Assembly (NCBI RefSeq): GCF_006345805.1
Contig: NW_021834250.1
Location: 1-50,810, forward strand
Direction: 5' to 3'
DNA from: Octopus sinensis
Taxonomy: Eukaryota
DNA length: 50,810 nt
Positions 26,656-39,306 of the stretch are shown one piece after another. Position 1 is the stretch's first letter, and each line of letters opens with the position of its first letter. Below the pieces are notes generated by a model. That model saw nothing but the letters and a program-made list of their open reading frames with translations, had not been told where the DNA came from and ran no database searches. The position numbers and the translations under genes were made by a program.

Positions 26656-27347
26656 TGTGAATCGAATAGGCTTTAATATGATCTTTTAAAAAGTTTGCGA
26701 TGTGCTCACATATAGAATATTGCAACTTTTCATATTCTAAATGGGCAAATATTTATAAATTTGAATCTGCCCATACATACATACATACATACATACATAC
26801 ATACATACATACATACATACATACATACATACATGCATACGTACGTACATATGTACACGCACGCACATACACACACACATATGCATGTAAATACGCAAAA
26901 ACAACAGCAGCAGTAACAATAGCATTAATAAGGACAGCAGCTACGAGCTGAAGTTGGCAATAACACAATATTACGTTTAATACCAGTATACGTGTGTGTG
27001 TGTATATATGTGTGTGCATGTGTGTATGTGTGCTGTATGTCTGTGTGTTGTGTATATGTATGTGTTTGTGTGTGTTTTGTGTGATTCTGAGCCAATATGA
27101 CCATACTGCTGCATATCAGATTTTGGTAAATCTATGATTGTCAAGTTATCCCTCATATTTTCTTTTATTCTCGCCCTTATCTTCATAGGATATCAAAGTG
27201 CCACACCATTTAGCGCTTTTGGAATTGCATTACGAACGTAAAGTGAATGGAAATTCTGTCAGTTGTATATCGAATATATATCTCATTTCTAGTAAATCAA
27301 TGGAGCGTGTAGCTTTTTCCATTTCTGTGGTCCCTTGACCTACTTAC

Positions 27348-27392
27348 GCCCTGAAACCAAATCCCCTTGAAATGTCATTCCCTTAACTAAAG
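27348..27392 (-). CDS. candidate 45-nt symmetric exon
   Basis: Acceptor CTTCCTGCAG, frame xLVKGMTFQGDLVSG (phase 1-1), donor GGC|GTAAGT. Confidence 0.2.
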
Positions 27393-27937
27393 CTGCAGGA
27401 AGTATATATTTGTATAATGTCGCCCTTGATATATGAAATCACAGGATGTTCAGGGCTAGGATTCCTTTGATCAAAGAACTGTTTCATCTTAGATCAGTGA
27501 TAACCGAGGTTTGAAACACAACAACTGCAAAAACAACAACAGCAAAATCAGGAACCTCAACAACAGCAGCAGCAACAAGAACAACAACAAAAACACAGTG
27601 GCAGTAGGAACAACAACAACAACATCTATAACAACAGAGTCGATGAGCCAAGGGCGACAATGACACAATGCTATGCAAAGTATCCTTGCACTAAAAAATA
27701 GGTCCCGAGGAAACTAATAATGTTCCGGTTTGCTAATTAGGGGCCACACATAGTTCAAAATTTGAATAATTATTTTTACCGTGTATATGAGAATAAATAC
27801 AAACGGTTTAGGTTGGTGGAACATTCGCCAGAAATAGTTGTTTTTCTTTGATAAATAGAATAAATAGAACAAGAAGAGTGAATGTCGATATACTTTCGAA
27901 TTCGACGAGAGATTTTTATTATATATATTTATAAAGC

Positions 27938-28251
27938 AGAGGCATAATGGCTCAGTGGTTTGGGCAGCGGACTCACGGTCGGAGGATCGCGGTTTCGATT
28001 CCCAGACCGGGCGTTGCGTGTGTGTTTATTGAGCGAAAACACCTAGAGCTCCACGAGGCTCTGGCAGGGGGTGGTGGCGACCCCTGTTGTACTCTTTCAC
28101 CCCAAATTTCTCTCACTCTTTCTTCCTGTTTCTTGAGTAACTCTGCGATGGACTGGCGTCCCGTCCAGCTAGGGGGAACACATACGCCACAGAAATCGGA
28201 GAACTGGGCCCATGAGCCTGGCTAGGCTTGAAACGGGCGCATAAATAAAAA
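27938..28251 (+). mobile_element. SINE family C, full-length with 17-bp TSD
   Basis: A box TGGCTCAGTGG, B box GGTTTCGATTCCC, and ATATATATTTATAAAGC duplicated at 27921-27937 and 28252-28268. Confidence 0.93.
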
Positions 28252-29687
28252 ATATATATTTATAAAGCGATTCTCCGTTTGTTTTAATTTTTCAGGCATT
28301 CATTTTAGAGATACACGGTATTCCAGCGCCAAGCACTAATGGGAATAAATACAAAACTGGCACCAGTTCAAATATGCATTAGGCATACTGAATCCCTTAA
28401 CAAACTGTATTTTCTCGTTGTAAACAAATGTCGACTCAAATGTGAGAAAGATAGACTAAAGAATGTTGTCGTTCGAACTTCTAAGAAAGACTATTCGTGA
28501 CTGGAATGATTATAGATTCCCTCCATCTGCGTTTCCCCTTCGTTGATACAAGCATATAAGAAGTAAGGCTTTTATGTACTGTAGACATTTATAACCTGGC
28601 TCTTTAAACGGATCACTTAAAATGGCATGTAATGGTCAAAGTTCAGCTGTTGATATTACACCCATCTATCTTCCTCGCCTCCTGTCCCTGGAATGGTCAT
28701 GGGAGTAGAGTCCTAAGGCACCTCATGCACAGGATCCTATTAGATCTAACAGTTATTACAGTTTCCCACTGGATTACCAAGCGGGAATATTTTACAAGTA
28801 TTTTGTGTTTGGTCCGCACGTGGGCCTCCTGCCGTTGTGTCGGCTTCAAGAGTCACACTTGCAATTCTTTCTTCAGCATTTAATCAAATGTCCGGGGTAA
28901 CGAAGCTGCGTCCTCTAAATGTGGATATTACTGAGAGAGAGAGGGGGGAGAGTATGCGGAAAGTGGGAGAGAGAGAAAAACCTGTTAATGAATTCAGCGG
29001 CGATATGAAATCGAGAATGTGGTAGCACAACGAGATAAACCTACATGGAACATATGTAAATTAATTAAAGCTGATCATTTTAAATTAGAGCAATAGAACT
29101 TTTACAATAGAACTAGGACCGTTCATACAAATGATACTGTTAAAACAGAGGAATGCAGAGAAGTAGTGTGTATATATTCACTAAACATCATACGATTGGA
29201 GTAGATCCAATGTTAGTAAGCTTTGTGAATAAGAGAAATTAATAGTCACAGATACATTCGCAGCCAAGTTACAAATTACAGTTTTAACATAACGCTTTTT
29301 AGTATTACACTAGACCTATAATTTTATTGGAGAAGAGTAGCCGTGTAAATGGGCATCAGTGGTCAACTGCTAATTTTTTTATCGACCTCAAGTAATATGA
29401 GGCAAAGTCAAGCTCTTTGGAATCTGATATCGATAAGTAAACTTTGCAGCATGTGAACCATTCGATATTCTCAGACCATTATAAGTAAGATTAACCCACC
29501 GAACACTGATGGAGACTCTTCTTGATATAGATTGAGAGCTATTGTAAATTATGAATCGTGGGACTCGATGTTTGGAAGCATATAAAGTGAGATTCATTAG
29601 ATTAATGGGAAACATGGCAAAAACATAAAAAGCGCGTTTCTCTATGCGCGCGCAAACATTCGAGCGCGTACACACAAACAGATATAT

Positions 29688-29718
<31 letters not shown>

Positions 29719-30199
29719 AACAGAAAGAGAGAAAACTTTTAGTTAACCACACATACATACAATATTTAGTTAAGAGGACAATAGCAAAGGTTATAAAAAC
29801 AAAACATAACATTTTAAGTCAAATGCTCGGATATAGTAAAGAAATAAAATGAAGAGAAAAACACTTTATGGCTAATTACTTGCATTGAAACAAAGGAAGA
29901 GAGAGAGAGAGAGTGTGTGTGTGTGTGTATGTGTGTGTGTGTGTATGTGTGTGTGTGTGCATGATAGGAAGAAAGAAATGGAGAGAGCATGTGTGTGTGA
30001 GTGCCTGTGTGTGTGCATGTGTGTTTACACACCAATTTCTGAAACGTATGTAAACAACAATTTCTCAAACGTTCTAGATTAAAAACTGAAATAGAATGTC
30101 TAGTGTTTGCTACAGTGTACCAATGTTCAGCTTGAAAAGCTACGAAAACAGTATCATGGGATGAGAATACAATATCAACAGCAGGCTAAATAATTAGCT

Positions 30200-30660
30200 G
30201 AAATAAGCAATTAACCACATAATGTCTGCTTCCCACACTTTGTAACATCACAGTTTACACATACATGCGATCGAACTGGCAGCTGGTTCTACAAGGAAAC
30301 ATTCCGAGGTTTCATCGTGAAAATTCGGGAGTTGTGGAAACATACCAAGACCTATACAAACTGCGAAAAGGTAAGGATAATCTGAGATAAGGCTGTCCAG
30401 ACGGACAAGAAGATCGAAGCTAATCAATCGGATATAATGATCAAAGACTAGAACGCGGATCCATGTAATCTGATAAACGTCACCGTTATGTTTACCTGAG
30501 CCAAAACCGAAATATCTCGCGGAATAAATAAAAACAGAAAAAATATAAAAATCTTCCATTGTACCTCGGAATACGGATAAGCAGCGTGTCAGGAAATAAA
30601 GTTTAAAACGCTATCAATGTCATAGCAGTAGATATGATAAAAATCCTTGAATTTACATCA
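30200..30660 (+). mobile_element. highly decayed R4/Dong endonuclease fragment
   Basis: INHIMSA...DRTG...KVRII*DKAVQTDKKIEANQSDIMIKD*NADPCNLINVTV...KKYKNL...VIAVDMIK, matching the ILWD..IQTD..I.ANRPDI...LIDV...KYKDL pattern. Confidence 0.75.
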
Positions 30661-31361
30661 TAGGAATCGTGTTATAGCTCACAGCTTTAAATACACTATA
30701 AAAAGGCTTGCAAAGCAGAAATCCAACAACTTCTATGCAGGTTACATTCAATTGCATATCATATCTCGTGTACTTCTCCCATTGACACAAAACGCACGTT
30801 CCACATCATCTATTCACATAAACTTTGCAATGCAGAGACTTCACAATCATTACTAGATGCTACACCGTCCGTCACAGCATCTGAGACAACGTTAACTACC
30901 ACTATCGTTATTTGATTAATGGTGACTATTGATGTTCTACAATCATCACGCTTGTACTCAACAAAATACTCTTTACAATGACCACACGATAATATGAAAC
31001 AATCACACTTTCCGCGAACCCTGAATGTAACCAATCCATTCAAAAATGTTTAACTCGCAATGCACGTAGTCTACAGATCAAATGAAGGAACTGACATTAT
31101 GGAAAAAAGTAAAACAACATGCTCAAAGTCACTGTGATATTACAAACATCATCACATGGTTCCGATCCCAATCCTGTTGGGGACAGATTTGTATTAATCT
31201 TTAAATTTCTGTGTTTTTTCCTAGATATATTTAGAAAAGTGTGAACTCAAAACACTGTGAGGTGACTAAAATTTGGTGAGATATCCTTACTTTCAAATAG
31301 GATTTTGACACTACCGAGCTGCTTTGTTCTAGAAACTAGTTAGATACCTTACCATAACGTT

Positions 31362-31830
31362 TACTCTTTTACTTGTTTCAGTCATTTGAACTGCGGCCAT
31401 GCTGGAGCACCGCCTTTAGTCAAACAAATCGACCCCAGGAATTATTCTTTGTAAGCCTAGTACTTGTTCCATCGGTCTCTTTTGCCGAACCGCTAAGTTA
31501 CTGGGACGTAAACACACCAGCATCGGTTGTCAAGCGATGTTGGGGGACAAACACAGACACACAAACACGCACACACATATATATACATATACAAATATAC
31601 GACGGGTTCCTTTCAGTTTCTGTCTACCAAATCCACTCACAAGGCTTTGGTAGAAGACACTAGCCCAAGGTGCCACGCAGTGGGACTGAACCCGGATCCA
31701 GAAGCAGTTGGAAATGAGTTATGTGTTATCTGTTTAGCTATAAGAGCAGTTAATTGTTATTAACAGACGATCTGTTAATACCATGTGGTTGGTAATAAAG
31801 CTACTTTATTTCATAAAATTTGTCATATAG
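31362..31830 (-). mobile_element. SINE family B (internal (GT)n tract), interrupted by a templated insertion
   Basis: Plus strand: CAGTCATTTGAACTGCGGCCATGCTGGAGCACCGCC...CAAGGTGCCACGCAGTGGGACTGAACCCGGA, an insert, then ACCATGTGGTTGG. Related copies occur elsewhere in the window. Confidence 0.88.
31700..31773. repeat. 74-bp perfect inverted copy of 32728-32801
   Basis: AGAAGCAGTTGGAAATG...CAGACGATCT is the exact reverse complement of AGATCGTCTG...CAACTGCTTCT. Confidence 0.95.
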
Positions 31831-32024
31831 ACAGTACAAAGATTGTGTAGCTTTGCGGGCTAGACAAACACATTAATGAATGAAAATGATATAAGATGAA
31901 TAAATGAGAAACGAAACCCAACACCTGCCGATTAGATTTTTCTCGAAAACATATTTTCTTTGTTTTTAAAATCAATATGAGGTTTCTGTTTGACACCCCT
32001 ACAATATGTGTTTCTGTTTGACAC

Positions 32025-32220
32025 ACCCCGCAACCACTTGCTTATCAGTTTTAGTGTGTGTACCTCCTCGTAACTTAGCGTTTAGGCAAAAATAACCGAT
32101 GGAATAAGTACCAAGCTTAAAATGAAAATATCACTGGGGATGATCCATTGAACTAAAACTTTTCCATGTGGCGCCATATCATGGCCGTGGTTTAATGACT
32201 GTAAGAGGTAAAAGATACAC
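32025..32220 (+). mobile_element. SINE family B, diverged 3' half
   Basis: CGTAACTTAGCG..GGCAAAAATAACCGATGGAATAAGTACC...CATGGCCGTGG..TGACTG..GTAAAAGATA. Confidence 0.7.
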
Positions 32221-33423
32221 AATGGTCAGATAAAACACACCCAATGTGCGGTGCATGGGACTGATCTTGAAACGCTGTGCCTGAGAAGTGAACCTTTTGC
32301 CACTCAGATGAGGCTGCGCTTTTTTGCATTATATATACTCTTACATATGTGGTGCGTCTAAGTGAGAGTGTGTTTGAATATATTTATAGACAGGCGCAAA
32401 TACACACATATATATTGGAACGTATTGTTGACCCACTGTTTAGAGAAAGCGTATTTAGTGAAGGGTAAACGTGAGGACGCGGGTGTCAATGCATAATGAC
32501 AAATGCATTTATAGCTTTAAGAACCCGATTTGTAAGGAAAACGGAAATAGTGATACGTATCATTCATCTATTCCCCTAACGCATTAAATACATCTGACAA
32601 AGCGACTAAAACGTGATATTTTCCCAACCAAAGTTATGCTTCACTAATGAGCTTTCTCAATGATAATTGTAGCGCCTCTTAGCTCCGTATCCAAATTCGA
32701 CCAATTTATTGTTCTCGCTTTAAACAAAGATCGTCTGTTAATAACAATTAACTGCTCTTATAGCTAAACAGATAACACATAACTCATTTCCAACTGCTTC
32801 TTTCAAATCCAACATTCTTTCAACCTATAACATGATCAGGTCCCACACGGCTTAATTTGAACCTATTTCATTAATGAGAACTTGCATCATATCTATCCTC
32901 AATTGTCATTCCGATAATCTAGGCGATTCGTATACTTAATACAGCCTAAATCGCATGAAGATTGGTCTTTTAAGCTTTAAGCACATCTGATATTGATTAT
33001 CTTCTCTATCCCTCTCAGCACCGATATATAATATCATCGTCATATTGTGTTGATGCATTGTAAATGACCGTTTCCTGCTATTCTAATATCTAAATTTCAC
33101 TGAGAATAGATGTCAAGGAATTATAGATTGAGCTGTGATGTGCTGCTGCTTCAGGACTTTAACTATTGCATATTTGGGTTATTGTATATTAAACTTCGTT
33201 TATGCTGGCAAAACTATATTATAAATGAGTAGTTGCCACAAAAGGTCGCCAAATACTGAGAAGGCCAACATTCTATAGAAAATTACCAAGTTGCGTTTGT
33301 TAGTTTGTAATGACTACAGATTGTGTAGGTTTGAAGTTAAGTGTACTTCATTTACTTGTAAAAGGAAGTTAGGTTCGTCCTAATAGATGACTACATAATC
33401 AAACAAAGCACACATGACATAGT

Positions 33424-33780
33424 GTTAGAATTGGAATTTTTGAAAAGTAAAAGTTTTGCATTATGTAGCTTGTTATTCTCTTTAAGTGAACATTTTTCTG
33501 GTTGAAATACACCGAAAAATGGCGACACAGCACTAATTTAAATCGTAAAAAATAAGGATTTTCATAGAAAAAACCCCACCTTTTTGATGTAAAAAAGTTT
33601 TGGTCTTAACATGGTCCGATTTGAACTTTATCTACTACGGAATGAAGAACAAGCCTTCTTTTATCATACTCTCAATTTTGGTCAAGTTGCCCCGCAGGGT
33701 CTTAGAGGAGATAGTGTTAGTTGAAGGCTACCAAACCTGCCTTACACAGACAACTTCAGCTTTATATATATATATAAATA
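33424..33780 (-). mobile_element. second non-autonomous Helitron-type element, 3' terminus missing
   Basis: Minus strand starts TATATATAAAGCTGAAGTTGTCTGTGT and contains TTGACCAAAATTGAGAG and TTCAAATCGGACCATGTTAA, motifs typical of such elements. No hairpin or CTAG end is seen. The family call relies partly on recall. Confidence 0.5.
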
Positions 33781-34142
33781 AATGGAGGAATTTCATTGTT
33801 ATTCCATGAATAAATAGTACACAACCTGTACATGTCTACATGAGTAACTGCCATGCTTAATAATCGATGGAACTAGGAAGAAAGTGAAATTGATATTCTG
33901 GTCAATAATAACTGGATGGGATTTCCCTAAGTCGCGGGGTATGAAAACATAGAAGGTTTCAGTAACAAAGCTACCGAAATTGTCTCTCGATTCAATAATC
34001 GATCAGCAAAACAAATTGAAAATAAACCAAAGCAAAGTTGGAAGGCTTTTCATCTACTTAGTAAAGACGCAGAATGAAATCCATTTAATCATCTCTTCTG
34101 TTGCACTCCAACAGCAATTGTATCATGACGTTCAACGAGTGA

Positions 34143-34196
34143 GATAATAATAATAATAATAATAATAAGAAGAAGAAGAAGAAGAAGAAGAAGAAA

Positions 34197-34228
<32 letters not shown>

Positions 34229-34281
34229 TAATAACAATAATAATAATAACAATAATAATAATAATAGTAATAGTAATAGTA

Positions 34282-34312
<31 letters not shown>

Positions 34313-34346
34313 TAGTCGTAGTAGTAGCAGTAGCAGCAGTAGCAGC

Positions 34347-34381
<35 letters not shown>

Positions 34382-34384
34382 CAA

Positions 34385-34424
<40 letters not shown>
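34143..34424. repeat. compound microsatellite (TAA)(GAA)(TAA)(TAG/CAG)
   Basis: Read directly from the sequence. Confidence 0.97.
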
Positions 34425-34425
<1 letters not shown>

Positions 34426-34813
34426 TTCTATGTTTGATTGTTGCTTTATATTTGTACAAGTTGGCTCCAAATCTCACCCAGAGACCTCAAGAGACAACAG
34501 GTTGGAAGTTCACGTTGTTGTTATGCCTAGTGTGCCATATATTTGGGGTTTTTTGGTATTGTACTTAAAAAAACCCCAAAATTATGTATGTTTTAAACCT
34601 TGAGATTACATAGAAAGTATTTTGCGTAGGATATGAGCAGTTCCCATAAGCACTATCTTTTGAATTTCTGCCATTTTGAGGTTTCCTGGTATCTGAGTTA
34701 GGTAGCAATCAGCCCCTTTTGCTATCATTCCTAGGGCAACTATGACTACAGGTATTGTTTTAGTGTTCAGGTTCCACATTTTGTAGATTTCTATTTCAAG
34801 ATCTTTATATTTG

Positions 34814-34818
<5 letters not shown>
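34425..34818 (-). mobile_element. 5'-truncated R4/Dong element (ORF C-terminus plus 3' UTR) embedded in trinucleotide microsatellite
   Basis: Intact frame SKYKDLEIEIYKMWNLNTKTIPVVIVALGMIAKG...IQKIVLMGTAHILRKILSM* (34606-34818), then about 180 nt of UTR. (TAA)n lies 5' and (TAC)n 3' on the element strand. Confidence 0.9.
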
Positions 34819-34883
<65 letters not shown>

Positions 34884-34914
34884 TCATTAATAATAATAAT
34901 AATAATAATATTTT

Positions 34915-35065
34915 AAATTTTTCCCCTCAAGGGCACCTTGGAGGAGGTGGAGAATAGTCGATCTTATCGACCCGTGTTCAACTGGTACTTATTTTTTAGA
35001 ACCCGAAAGGATGAAAGGCGTCTTCGGCGGAATTTGAACTCAGAACGTAGAGACGAGCGCAAATC
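34915..35065 (-). mobile_element. SINE family A, partial
   Basis: AACTGGTACTTATTTT..CCCGAAAGGATGAAAGGC..CGGCGGAATTTGAACTCAGAACGTA. Confidence 0.75.
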
Positions 35066-35589
35066 TCCGTGAAGGCAACTCCAAGACCTCTCAACGATTA
35101 GCCAGAGATGATTTTTAAAATGAGACTATCTTAAATAAACTCGACTGCTCTCATAAATCACAATACTAGACATAAACCAGACAACTCACAAAAATACGTA
35201 TAAAAAAACGGGAAAATAATCTAGAACCCTAATCCATACCTGATCGATCCCAATCGTAGATATGGTATGTGAAGTTGGCTGTAGAAAATTTAGTTACTGC
35301 AATAAGTAGTTTATACTTATTTAATACAAGCTACATTTAACAAGTTCACCATTCAAAATAGTTTCAAGGGCAGAGGAAATAATAAATTCAGGCCTTTTTT
35401 GAAATGAATAGCGTGAGACCTTTTGGTTTTCTCTTCTCCTAAATTGCGGCGTTCTAATAGTATTCCTGTTGTTTTAGATCGATGTATAGATGTATGTATG
35501 TAAGTATACTGTAAAATGCTAATATGTAAGTATTATATGTGATATATATATTATAAGAATATGTTAGTGTTATTTAATTACTGAACGGT

Positions 35590-35671
<82 letters not shown>

Positions 35672-35674
35672 TGT

Positions 35675-35714
<40 letters not shown>

Positions 35715-37338
35715 ATGCATGCATGTATGTGTTTAGATGTATGTGTTACTGTACGGAAGACATTGACCCAAGCTACCAAATCATGGCGTGGGGTTTGAAC
35801 GGTTCAAACGCGAAAGCACCTGGTCGCAGAAAGAGTTTCTTGATGATAATATAAACAACAGCAACAACAACAACAACACCAACAACAACAGCAATCAGCT
35901 TTACTGCCGTGCAGTTATTGGAGTTTGCTTTCTGACGATCATCATGTTTAGTTTAGTTTTCTGTTTCCTCATCTGCAGAAATCTGATGGTATTTTCAGAC
36001 GTGTGATTGCGGATCTGTTTTTCATTTCATGTCTCGTACACTGATGTTGCATCTCTTCATACACTTTACCATATAAAGACAAATTCACGTAAACATAAAA
36101 TTTCTACGAATATTCTCTGATTTCCCAAGAGTATATAGAATCATTTGTTACAGGAATTATACATTGATTTTAAAATATAGGATGTACTTAAATGAAAAAT
36201 TGTAAATAAATTTGTGCAAAATCCGACAAGTAACATATTCATCAGACAAAAGAAACAGATATTTAGTATATTCTGCAAATTTTGATTAACTTTTGTCTAC
36301 AATATTTGATGTCGTTTTCTTGTTTCTGCTAATGTTTATTTCTGTATTTGTTGTTGCTATTGTTGTTGCTGCTGCTGTTGTTGTTCTCTCTGTGTTCTTT
36401 ATTACGAGTAGAAGCTTAAATGTCATAAAATCAATATTCCATCTCGGGTAGAAAAGAGCAGGTGTTATTATTTCCAATATATTTCTCCAAGGTGGTTAAC
36501 AATACGATAATGACGATGATGTCAATGGCGACGGTGAAGAGGATGATAATGCTGACAGATTTATTTTTGTTGCTGCTATTCTTATTTATTTATTTATTAT
36601 ATTATTATTATTATTATTATTATTGTTATTATTATCATTATTATTATTATTATTATATTATTATTATTATTATTATTACGTGATGATGATAGTGGTGGTG
36701 GTGATGGTTATGATGATTATGTAGAAGTGTTTTGTAATTATGATGCACAAACTGTTCTAGTAAGTAGTCGTGTAGGTGTAAGCAACTTTTTCAGAATATG
36801 TCTAATTTTAAAAGTCTTAATCGCCATATTATGTGTAGTTTATATGTATATATATATATAATTCTTAAGTCATCATAGGACTATGATGCTTTAAGTCAAT
36901 CTTGTATGTTTATAGTCTACGTTAAAATATTTTCTCGGGGTTCTAAGACGAGTTCTGGTTTGGGAGATGGAGAAATTTTTATTGATTAAATTTATGATCG
37001 ATAAAATCTTCTCCTCTCCGTCACGACCCACACTACAACGTAATTAGCATTCAACTGAGCCCCACAAATCCCAGGAAAAAATATCTCAACAGAGATTATA
37101 TAAAGCCAAGATTAACTTAATGCATTGCTGTCCGATGATATTTTGACTGGCGTAAACATCGAAATCAATTCAAATCTCATTCTTATTAAAGAATTTGTAC
37201 TCTGAAAAGAGTATGGTGTATCCGTTTAGATTATGTTCAAAAATTTTTTTATTATCATTACTGAGCATAAATCGGCCGGAGTCAACTTTGCCTTTATCGT
37301 TGCAGGGTCGATAAAATATGTACTAGTTGAATAATTAA

Positions 37339-37772
37339 GGGATATTTTCGGTTTGAACGGCAGTTTTTTAAAATAATTTCCACGTAACTAAACACTTTTA
37401 AACTTCGTATATTGGTAGAATGTGTTTATAAAACATCTTTTTCTCTTGGCTTTATTGAGAACATTCTATAGTTTGTAAGATGTTTGTTTTTTTTTTTTTT
37501 TCAATTTCTGCAATTTCAACCAACCAATGACGTCTGTTGAGGTGAAAACATTCTGTGCCGTATTAATAGTCCCTCGTTTAAGAAACATATTAGGTTTATT
37601 TACATTTCTGAAGAAAAAAAAAGATAACCTTCCCCCACCCCTAACGCTAATCCTAACTAACCCTAACCCTAAGACAGATTGAAATGCAATAGATCGATAC
37701 TAGGGTCATAATTATGGGTGACAATTTCATATGGCACCGCTAGAAAAACTGCCGTTCAAACCAAAAATATCC
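37339..37772. mobile_element. MITE with about 30-bp TIRs and an internal (CCCTAA)-like tract, nested in a SINE
   Basis: GGGATATTTTCGGTTTGAACGGCAGTTTTT and AAAAACTGCCGTTCAAACCAAAAATATCC; flanks TAATTAA/TGATTAA. SINE sequence resumes on both sides. Confidence 0.88.
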
Positions 37773-38152
37773 TGATTAAGTATTTGGGTCGCGGTAATCG
37801 ACTTACCCATCCCCCCAAACTGCTAGCCGTGTGACCCGGTGGATTTAATTTCAAAAGTAATTATATGTAAGCAAGCAATAGCTTTTATGACAATATAAAA
37901 ATTGTCTTGATTTGTTTAACTTTGTATTCTAATTATTTAAACTAGATGTGTTTATTGGGATCAAAGTTACTTTCCGATCGTTTAAATATGATTATAAGAT
38001 ATAAATGAAACCTGTTGTTTTAAACATTTCCACCGGTGATTGTTGTGCCATAAAACAAGCAAGGAGTTACTGAGCTGCAAGGTTATAAGTCTTAAACTCT
38101 ACATATTAAATGTATTGAGCCCTTCCTTGAATGTGGTCTTCTTATTCATTTA

Positions 38153-38275
38153 TTAAGAATAGCCTAGTGGTCTAAGGCGCCAGACTCAAGATGCATAAAT
38201 GGTACGTATTTTAAGCAGAAAATTGAGTATTCTGATCTATGAATATAAGCGTGGGTTCAAATCCCAGTTCCAACA
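38153..38275 (+). pseudogene. tRNA-Leu(CAA) pseudogene retaining a 39-nt intron
   Basis: GCCTAGTGGTCTAAGGCGCCAGACTCAAG, intron 38191-38229, then TTCTGATCT...GCGTGGGTTCAAATCCCAG. This matches eukaryotic tRNA-Leu(CAA) with the intron one base after the anticodon (38187-38189). Acceptor stem and variable arm are broken. Confidence 0.85.
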
Positions 38276-38527
38276 CACATCATATATATACATTGTTAAA
38301 CCATTATGTATAAAATTCTAGAACAATGGATCTCGAAGCAAACAACGCTATAAATAATATGGCGTGAATATTAGAATCAAAATTTCCTTATATAGTAAAA
38401 GTGGACGGTTGCCCGTCAACAATACGTGTGTGTGTGGGTGCATGTATACACACATCCACATGCATACGCACACATCAACACACATCCACATACATACACA
38501 CACACAAATATATATATAATATATATA

Positions 38528-38588
<61 letters not shown>

Positions 38589-39120
38589 CACGTATATACA
38601 TATATGAAGATTGATACGTCCTTATATTTAAAACGATTTTCTGGGCTTTGTTCCTAATCCTAGTATTTAATGATATTTTCTGAAATAGCTATTAATTATA
38701 AAACTAATATGAAAATAACCCGAAGAAAAACATTGTTAATTGAAACAATATAAATAATAGCAATGTTAGGTATCCTCAACACTGTTTTCAACCACATAGT
38801 TTGTGTTTTTTTTTGTTTTTATCATTATTTTTTTTAAGCAAGGCCTAGACGTTCCGTCTCTTCTTTTATCCCATTAACAAAATTAATCAGACTCAAGAAA
38901 AATATTTTTATCTTCTGTAAGTTAATTGTGGAATATATTTTCAAACATTAAATGTTTTAATTATGTTCACAAATATACAATAATTCAATATCTAAAACAT
39001 CACGTCTTATAAATGATAGCCTACAAACAGAAACGTCGCTGATTCATGGGATATTATGCTTAGGGCACATATATTTGTTTAGTGATAAGGGAACACATAT
39101 ATATCTTAGTGGGAACATAC

Positions 39121-39306
39121 CTTGTACAACTTCAAATAATTTTCGTTGAAAGCTATAACATTACACTGGCCCCAAAGATGGGTCGTATGAATGCATGGGT
39201 ATGACTTAAACTTCATAATGTAGTGAACATGTGGTTCGGGAGTTACTGGGTTTTCTGGAGTGTGGAAGTACCTCTTAGCCGTTAATATTCCCAGGGGAGG
39301 TAGAAC
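39121..39306 (-). CDS. candidate internal coding exon of an unidentified gene
   Basis: Acceptor CCCTTACAG, 186 nt open in phase 0-0 (VLPPLGILTAKRYFHTPENPVTPEPHVHYIMKFKSYPCIHTTHLWGQCNVIAFNENYLKLYK), donor AAG|GTATGT. No homology recognised. Confidence 0.3.

Noticed and set aside
28620-29025. GC-richer segment with open frames on both strands
   Set aside because: No consistent splice boundaries or recognisable domain; left unassigned.
30950-30985. CGHC thioredoxin motif in the minus ORF 30810-31043
   Set aside because: The surrounding sequence lacks thioredoxin-fold context.
37640-37672. Telomere or interstitial telomeric fusion site
   Set aside because: Only a few degenerate CCCTAA units, lying inside a MITE.
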